DNA from: Candidatus Dojkabacteria bacterium
GTDB lineage: Bacteria > Patescibacteriota > Dojkabacteria > B142 > WJKM01
DNA: 64,000 nt
Assembly (NCBI GenBank): GCA_014729085.1
Contig: WJKM01000008.1
Coordinates: 163-64,162 of the forward strand
Reading direction: 5' to 3'
The notes under the pieces were generated by a model. It made no database searches, was not told where the DNA came from, and worked only from the letters and a program-made list of their open reading frames with translations. A program made the position numbers and the translations under genes. Numbering within the stretch: the stretch's first letter is position 1; every line of letters begins with the position of its first letter. This document shows, piece by piece, positions 58,283-64,000 of the stretch.

Positions 58283-58789
58283 ATGCAAGTATTAATCTAC
58301 TCAGATGTCCATGATAATGTTTTAAATTTACAAAGAGTATTTAGTAAGGCAAAAAACCTTGGTGTTAAGAAAGCTTTGGCTCTTGGAGATTTTGGAAGTC
58401 CTAATGCCATCCGAGCAATTATTGAAAACGGTTTACCAACCAAAGCGGTTTTCGGAAATACAGATGGAGAAAAAGTCATGAGTTTCAAACTGGCTTCTGA
58501 AAGTAATGGTATTTTGTCTATAACTCCTAAAACAAGCGATATTATTGAAATGAGTAATAAAAAGGTATACATTGATCATTTCCCGGATATTGCCCCTACC
58601 TTAGCTGTATCAGGAGAATTTGATGCGGTTTTTTATGGACATACTCATGAAATTGAATATGAAAAATTAGAGAATGGATGTATCCTTGCAAATCCTGGAG
58701 AAGTAGGGGGTTATATCACAGGCAAATCAACGTTTTTGGTTTGGAATACAAAACTGGATGAAATAAAGGAATATGAATTAAACATATAA
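58283..58789 (+). CDS. Metallophosphoesterase (YfcE/MJ0936-like phosphodiesterase)
   Basis: MQVLIYSDVHDN, LGDFGSP, GNTDGE and GHTHEIEY, the calcineurin-like metal-binding motifs. Confidence 0.7.
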   Translation: MQVLIYSDVHDNVLNLQRVFSKAKNLGVKKALALGDFGSPNAIRAIIENGLPTKAVFGNTDGEKVMSFKLASESNGILSITPKTSDIIEMSNKKVYIDHFPDIAPTLAVSGEFDAVFYGHTHEIEYEKLENGCILANPGEVGGYITGKSTFLVWNTKLDEIKEYELNI

Positions 58790-58825
58790 AATTCTCCGTT
58801 TCATTTTTTTAAATTAGACACTTAC

Positions 58826-59872
58826 ATGAAGGATCTAAATATAAACTTTACTTCTGAGAAGATCCGATCTGTTCAGTCTGTATATATTGCTTGTAAGTTG
58901 TTAATGGAAAGAAAATACTATACATATGGTTTTATTCCTGCGACAGACCATTTCTTTCAAAATCAAAAAACGATTGTTTTTCCGGATATTGAATACAGTT
59001 TATACAATAATTTTTGGGAAGCAATAAGGGAAATAAATTTGAAAAAACTTCCTGTAGATGGAAAACTGATTAAATTTTTAAGTGAATCCATAGATCATTA
59101 TTACAAGAAAAGTGAACTTGAAGAAAAAAGACTTGATCTTATTGAATTTTGGAATTCCATTGAAAATGAATTTATTGAATTCCTCAATAATAATTTTCCT
59201 GGATTAAAAGATAAAGAGATAAACCTGGATTTGGGTATTAAGTTATTTGGAGCTCCAATTGACTTTGAAAAGCCTTCCTGTTTTGCACAAAATAAATGTA
59301 AGGGGTATGCAGGAATTCGTTTTGATATGCCTGTTGAAAAAATAATTTTGTCAGTATTTTCCTTATTATTCTCAGATTATTTAAAAGAGAAACAAATCTA
59401 TAGATGGAGAGAACAAAAATCTATACTTGATTTTCTAACAAATACATTTATAGAGGTACTTGGTCTAGACTGCTCAAAGATATTAGGGACAATTGAGTCT
59501 TTAGAACAACTAAAGGTGGAAAAAAAATTAATTAGTAATTCCAGGGAATTCATAAATAAAAATAAAATACCAATTCAGCATATATTCTCTAAAGAGAAAG
59601 GAAAGATTATGCTTTTTGGGGCTTGTTTAAATGATGGTACTTACACTAAAGATGAAATTTCTATTTTAGATGAATTTTTAGAAAAAGATAATAATATATT
59701 AACTTATGATGAAATTGCAGATATAGTATGGGCAGAAAAAGCTACTGAGAGGTTTTCTTTATCTACTATTAGTAAACGTATAGAAAGGCTTAGAAACAAG
59801 CTCTTCGAAGATGGTTTACCAAAATCAGAAATTATTGCAGTCAGAGGAATAGGTTATTATTTGAAAAATTAG
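58826..59872 (+). CDS. Protein with unknown N-terminal domain and C-terminal OmpR/PhoB-type winged-helix DNA-binding domain
   Basis: The C-terminus LTYDEIADIVWAEKATERFSLSTISKRIERLRNKLFEDGLPKSEIIAVRGIGYYL matches trans_reg_C. There is no REC domain at the N-terminus. Confidence 0.5.
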   Translation: MKDLNINFTSEKIRSVQSVYIACKLLMERKYYTYGFIPATDHFFQNQKTIVFPDIEYSLYNNFWEAIREINLKKLPVDGKLIKFLSESIDHYYKKSELEEKRLDLIEFWNSIENEFIEFLNNNFPGLKDKEINLDLGIKLFGAPIDFEKPSCFAQNKCKGYAGIRFDMPVEKIILSVFSLLFSDYLKEKQIYRWREQKSILDFLTNTFIEVLGLDCSKILGTIESLEQLKVEKKLISNSREFINKNKIPIQHIFSKEKGKIMLFGACLNDGTYTKDEISILDEFLEKDNNILTYDEIADIVWAEKATERFSLSTISKRIERLRNKLFEDGLPKSEIIAVRGIGYYLKN

Positions 59873-59884
59873 TTAAGGTAAAAC

Positions 59885-60364
59885 TTAGGGTTCAGATTCG
59901 ATAATCCCTGGATTGCATTTTTCGGAAGAACCGCAATTTACAAATCTTATGTAATTCCCTGCGTCCAACTCTGACTGAAGAAAATCTGCGTAGCTTTGAG
60001 CCTGTGGATTAAAAGTATTATCCTCTGAATTGTATGGATCCCACATCTCCTGAAGTGGAACTCCTTCCTCAGAAAAATGGCCTAGAGTAATATTAGGGTC
60101 ATTTGTAATGCAAAGAGCGACATTGTCTCTAAGATCAATTGGACCGATATTTGCATCTCTTATAGGATCTGTAGCTATTTTTCCTTCATAACAAGTTACT
60201 CCTTCAGTCTCGAAAATTACATCTCCGGGAGCGCTTGATCCATTAACTGGATCTTGAGTTCCATCCGTACTGTCTTCGGGATTTGCTGAGGCACATGCAC
60301 CAAGTAAAGAAGACAAAAATAGTATTAATCCCATTTCTTTCCATGGCAATCTTTCTTGTTCCAT
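59885..60364 (-). CDS. Small secreted lipoprotein, hypothetical
   Basis: MEQERLPWKEMGLILFLSSLLGACASANPEDS has lipobox LGAC. Confidence 0.5.
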   Translation of the reverse strand: MEQERLPWKEMGLILFLSSLLGACASANPEDSTDGTQDPVNGSSAPGDVIFETEGVTCYEGKIATDPIRDANIGPIDLRDNVALCITNDPNITLGHFSEEGVPLQEMWDPYNSEDNTFNPQAQSYADFLQSELDAGNYIRFVNCGSSEKCNPGIIESEP

Positions 60365-60481
60365 ATTTTGAAATTAAAATTTAATATAAATATTATATAG
60401 GTTGTTTGTGTTTTTTTATTGACAATTAATCGACAGGAGTAATAAGATCAAAATTATTATTTCAATTGAAAATTTTAATAG

Positions 60482-60508
60482 TTAGCACTTGACTAAAGTG
60501 ACTGCTAA
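60482..60508. promoter_or_regulatory. CIRCE operator overlapping a sigma70-like promoter of dnaK
   Basis: TTAGCACTT-N9-GACTGCTAA, with the same arms as the hrcA copy. The -35 TTGACT is at 60489-60494; a 17-bp spacer precedes the -10 TATATT at 60512-60517. The 40 nt are nearly identical to 56842-56880. Confidence 0.7.
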
Positions 60509-60568
60509 TGATATATTTATTTTGCCTCAAAGACAATTTTTATAGTTAAATTATTATTATTAAGATTA

Positions 60569-62530
60569 ATGGCAAAAATAATCGGAATTGACCTTGGAAC
60601 CACAAATTCATGCATGGCTGCAGTTGAAGGTGGCTCTCCAAATGTTATTTCAAACAAAGAAGGTGGTAGGTTAACTCCTTCTGTAGTAGCACTTACAGCA
60701 GATGAAAAAGACGAAGTAGTTGTTGGTATTACTGCAAAAAATCAAATGGTTACAAACCCTGAACAGACTTTTTATTCAATAAAACGACTAATCGGGAGAA
60801 GATGGGATGATCCTGAAGTTAAAAAAGATAAGGATCTTCTACCATTTGAAATGCGTAAAAGCGATAAAGGCGGTCTTGAGATTCAATATGGAGATGAATG
60901 GGTTACACCAGAAGCAGTTTCTGCAAGAGTTTTAGCTAAACTAAAAGCTGATGCAGAGGCTTATTTCGGAGAAACAATAAATGAAGCAGTAATTACAGTA
61001 CCTGCATATTTTGACGACTCACAAAGACAAGCTACCAAAAATGCAGGAAAGATTGCTGGCTTTGATGTAAAGAGAATTATAAATGAACCAACTGCTGCTG
61101 CTATTGCATATGGTTTGAATGAATCAGAAGATAAGACTATATTAGTTTACGACCTTGGGGGAGGAACTTTTGACGTTTCTATTCTTGAGGTTGGTGAAGG
61201 TGTAGTTGAAGTATTATCTACGAACGGAGATACGCATTTAGGTGGAGACGATTTTGATCAAGAAATAATAAACATGCTTGTCAAGGATTTTAAAAATGAA
61301 CAAGGAATTGATCTTAAAGATGATGCTGCTGCTTTACAGAGATTAAAGGAAGCTGCTGAGGCTGCGAAGATAACATTGTCTTCTAGTGAGAAAACAGAAA
61401 TTAATCTTCCGTATATAACCGCAGATGCAAAAGGACCTAAACATCTAAAGAAAACTTTAACAAGGTCGGATCTTGAGAAACTAGTTGACGACTTGATACA
61501 GGAAACCTTGGAGCCTATTAAAAAAGCCATGAAAGATGCAAAGGTAGAGAATGATGATTTGGATGATATTGTGCTTGTTGGTGGTATGACCCGTATGCCA
61601 GCAATTAAGAGATTAGTAGAGGATTATTTTGGGAAAAAACCACATGAAGGGGTAAATCCAGATGAGGTTGTCGCAGTTGGTGCGGCAATTCAAGCTGCTG
61701 TTCTAGCAGGAGATAGTTCAGTAAAAGACATTACATTACTTGATGTTACACCGCTTACACTTGGAATTGAGACCATGGGAGGAGTTAGAACACCATTGAT
61801 TCCAAGAAATACAACTATTCCAACCGAGAAAACGCAAGTATTTTCTACTGCTGCTGATAATCAGCCAGCTGTTGAGGTGCATGTACTTCAAGGAGAAAGA
61901 GAAATGGCAGCAGACAATAAAACACTTGGTAAATTCATTTTAGATGGAATTCCACCGGCACCAAGAGGTGTTCCTCAAATTGAGGTTACTTATAAAATTG
62001 ATGCAAATGGTATTTTGAATGTTTCTGCAAAAGATAAGGCAACAGGCAAAGAGCAGAATATAACTATTAAAGCTTCTACGCAAATGGAGGAAGATGAGAT
62101 AGACAAAATGGTAGAAGAAGCATCAAAGCATGCAGCAGAAGACAAGAAAAAGAAAGAAAAGGCTGAGATAAAAAACAATGCTGATACATTGGTATTCCAG
62201 ACCAAAAAACTAATTGAAGATATGGGAGATAAAATTGACAAAAAAGACAAAAAGGAATTAGAAAAAGATTCCGAGGCCCTTCAAAAGTTAATTGCAGAAG
62301 AAGATTTTGATAAGGATGAGGTAAAGAAAAAGACAGAGGAGTTAACAAAGAAACTACAGGACAAAGGAGCTAAGATGTATGAAAAAGTAGCTAAAGAAGA
62401 AGCTGCAAAAAAGTCCAAAGAGGAAAAAAAAGAAAAAAAAGACAAGAAGAAAAAAGATAAAAAGAAGGCTAATGATAAAAAAGATGATGACGACGCAGAA
62501 GAAGGCGAAGTAGTTGATGAAGATAAATAA
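60569..62530 (+). CDS. dnaK: Molecular chaperone DnaK (Hsp70)
   Basis: [33 protein letters not shown] and a Lys/Glu-rich C-terminal tail. Confidence 0.95.
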   Translation: MAKIIGIDLGTTNSCMAAVEGGSPNVISNKEGGRLTPSVVALTADEKDEVVVGITAKNQMVTNPEQTFYSIKRLIGRRWDDPEVKKDKDLLPFEMRKSDKGGLEIQYGDEWVTPEAVSARVLAKLKADAEAYFGETINEAVITVPAYFDDSQRQATKNAGKIAGFDVKRIINEPTAAAIAYGLNESEDKTILVYDLGGGTFDVSILEVGEGVVEVLSTNGDTHLGGDDFDQEIINMLVKDFKNEQGIDLKDDAAALQRLKEAAEAAKITLSSSEKTEINLPYITADAKGPKHLKKTLTRSDLEKLVDDLIQETLEPIKKAMKDAKVENDDLDDIVLVGGMTRMPAIKRLVEDYFGKKPHEGVNPDEVVAVGAAIQAAVLAGDSSVKDITLLDVTPLTLGIETMGGVRTPLIPRNTTIPTEKTQVFSTAADNQPAVEVHVLQGEREMAADNKTLGKFILDGIPPAPRGVPQIEVTYKIDANGILNVSAKDKATGKEQNITIKASTQMEEDEIDKMVEEASKHAAEDKKKKEKAEIKNNADTLVFQTKKLIEDMGDKIDKKDKKELEKDSEALQKLIAEEDFDKDEVKKKTEELTKKLQDKGAKMYEKVAKEEAAKKSKEEKKEKKDKKKKDKKKANDKKDDDDAEEGEVVDEDK

Positions 62531-62556
62531 GTAGTGTAAAAAGAGTAGTTATTGAT

Positions 62557-62596
62557 AAGCTGGAGCAATCTTGAAGATTGCTCCAGCTTTTGTTTT
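62557..62596 (+). terminator. Rho-independent terminator of dnaK
   Basis: AAGCTGGAGCAATCTT-GA-AAGATTGCTCCAGCTT forms a perfect 16-bp stem, followed by TTTGTTTT. Confidence 0.7.
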
Positions 62597-62705
62597 CAGA
62601 GGAAAAAATTAGTTTGCAGTTGGATGTCTAAATGTAAATTATGTAATTAAAAAATTATTATAAGTTATGATATAATTGTAAAGTTATTTATTAAATTAAT
62701 CAAAT

Positions 62706-62969
62706 ATGGAGCAAGACATAAGAGAATTGGATCTTCGAATGAATAGTGCTGAAGGAGGCGGGTTAGTTGCTACTTCCGTTAAACCGCCTTATTGTGCTCT
62801 AGCATGTAGCAATCCTGATGCAGAGGCAGTTATAGACTGTCCGACACTATCTATTAATTGTCTCGATTGCACCCGTCTTTCAAATTTAAGAGGTGATCGT
62901 TCTGATGAAAAACTATTTGAGATTATGGATGCAATTAGACAAGATGGTTATGCATATACTTCACCATAA
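62706..62969 (+). CDS. Small Cys-rich hypothetical peptide (87 aa) in a GC-elevated island
   Basis: MEQDIRELDLRMNSAEGGG-LVATSVKPPYCALACSNPDAEAVIDCPTLSINCLDCTRLS... has six Cys. A GGG follows an EL-containing N-terminal segment, which is leader-like. Local GC is about 44%. Confidence 0.3.
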   Translation: MEQDIRELDLRMNSAEGGGLVATSVKPPYCALACSNPDAEAVIDCPTLSINCLDCTRLSNLRGDRSDEKLFEIMDAIRQDGYAYTSP

Positions 62970-63324
62970 TAAATTTATAGCTCATATCATTCTTTTCATT
63001 TTTATAGAATTGTAAATTATGATCTACTTTCAATCAAATACTTGGAATATAGAAACTTTACAATGCGTCAGTTGCTATTTTGATTTATTACGGAGGATTG
63101 TCTTTGTCAACATTGTGGGGATGGTGGTGACTTTGGAAGAGTGAGAGAACAGTTGAAGAGTACAGATGAGAGATTGGTAATTTGTGCAACAAAGGGGAAA
63201 CGGTGTGAGGAAGTATGTGTTTTCGGCTTGGACTAAGTCAACTAACATCTGCAGGTTTAACTACAATTATGCCTGAGTTTGTATAGTATTATAACCTGAA
63301 ATTAATTGTACGAATAAAAGATAT

Positions 63325-64000
63325 TTAATTCTCCCTCATCTCAATATAATATTCAAATGAATCAATATCCCACGCAACTCTTTCTATTACATCGGTTAAT
63401 TTAAAATGAAATCCAAATGCATCTGCCTCCTGGGTACTATTGTTGGAGCAGTCTACCTGCAGGTGAATTCTTTGAGACTGTCCATCTTTTGCTACATTGA
63501 GTTCAATAAATTTCATTTTTTCGGACGTTGTACAGTGGATTCCAAAATTATGAGATGTCATACTTATACCCTCTTCCAAAATAGTATGGGAATCATTTCT
63601 TTTCATCATAAAATTATATACAGCTTTTGGTTTTTCAGGTTCTGGATCTAGAGGAGTATAACTGTTGTGAATGATTTGAATAATATGGGCTACTTCTCCC
63701 CTGTTGGTTATGTGTTTTACATTGGCTTCGGTAATAGTTGGAGGGCGAGCATTAAATAAATCCATACGGTTTAAGTATTCCATAAGTTCGGCATTTTTAT
63801 CTATATTATGATTTTCATCAAGTGTGCGCATTGCTATCTTCAAAGCTTCTCCGTATGTAATGTTATTTTCTGGTTTGAAAGTTCCATCTGTAAAGCCTTT
63901 AATTATGTCTTCTTCTTTTGCTACACAAATATATGTGGAAAATGGGTGGCCGTCATAATCCCAGTTTTGACATTCTTCTCGTTCCTGGAGTCCTGCTGTG
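63325..64000 (-). CDS. SLH (S-layer homology) domain-containing surface protein, N-terminus beyond window
   Basis: The reverse frame is open to position 64000: ...CQNWDYDGHPFSTYICVAKEEDIIKGFTDGTFKPENNITYGEALKIAMRTL matches the SLH consensus (GIIxGYxDGTFxPxxxITRAEfa). The track start at 63843 is an internal TTG. Confidence 0.5.
   Translation of the reverse strand, partial: TAGLQEREECQNWDYDGHPFSTYICVAKEEDIIKGFTDGTFKPENNITYGEALKIAMRTLDENHNIDKNAELMEYLNRMDLFNARPPTITEANVKHITNRGEVAHIIQIIHNSYTPLDPEPEKPKAVYNFMMKRNDSHTILEEGISMTSHNFGIHCTTSEKMKFIELNVAKDGQSQRIHLQVDCSNNSTQEADAFGFHFKLTDVIERVAWDIDSFEYYIEMREN

Noticed and set aside
61258-62568. Four minus-strand ORFs of 86-95 aa inside dnaK
   Set aside because: They are antisense to a high-confidence dnaK CDS. 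Their low-complexity Ser/Phe/Leu-rich translations come from the Lys/Glu-rich coding strand.
1-64000. CRISPR arrays, transposases, integrases, phage genes
   Set aside because: I looked for direct-repeat/spacer periodicity and for IS/integrase/terminase-like ORFs on both strands and found none. The only tandem DNA repeats are the 36-bp linker repeat at 2057-2137 and the GGN tract at 24424-24490.

Overview
This is a 64 kb, AT-rich (about 30% GC by eye), gene-dense bacterial chromosomal segment with genes on both strands. I saw no CRISPR array, transposase, integrase or phage structural genes.

Housekeeping content:
- DNA polymerase III alpha (dnaE), UvrC, and a UvrD-type helicase fused to a RecB-like nuclease.
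- tRNA-guanine transglycosylase (tgt), KsgA/RsmA, and the MurT/GatD lipid II amidation pair.
- FtsW/RodA, an ABCB-type exporter, MscS, a CapA-like protein and a ROK glucokinase.
- The heat-shock genes hrcA, grpE and dnaK, each preceded by a CIRCE operator overlapping a sigma70-like promoter.
- One tRNA-Thr(CGU).

The dominant accessory theme is secreted or membrane-anchored proteins with calcium-binding modules. At least nine proteins carry a C-terminal double EF-hand, dockerin-like module, in most cases bracketed by conserved Cys; one copy is canonical (DFNKDGKVNIVD). Their enzymatic domains include two tandem endonuclease/exonuclease/phosphatase (EEP) paralogs, a BNR/Asp-box sialidase-like protein and a CBM-like domain. 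Several share a conserved post-transmembrane motif (NYSKYSE.K.SEA). No cohesin partner is visible in the window. There are also TSP3-like acidic repeat lipoproteins, an FG-GAP repeat protein and a truncated SLH-domain protein at the right edge.

Regulatory content: three tandem TrmB-like regulators; a PAS histidine kinase with two REC-only response regulators; and a protein of unknown N-terminal domain with a C-terminal OmpR-type winged helix.

The best candidate for an undescribed system is at 53051-56561. It comprises a divergently transcribed small zinc-ribbon protein with an acidic tail, a cysteine-synthase-like PLP enzyme, an ATP-grasp ligase and an NlpC/P60-like hydrolase. This could be a carrier-protein or dipeptide-type amidoligase pathway.

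Two further oddities: a 600 bp island of 42-44% GC at 62.6-63.3 kb with Cys-rich small ORFs, and a GC-rich structured element at about 41.05 kb. The organism is probably a reduced-genome, low-GC, surface-decorated lineage (CPR/Patescibacteria-like is an inference only). Start codons follow the supplied ORF track; some of those starts are TTG, not ATG.
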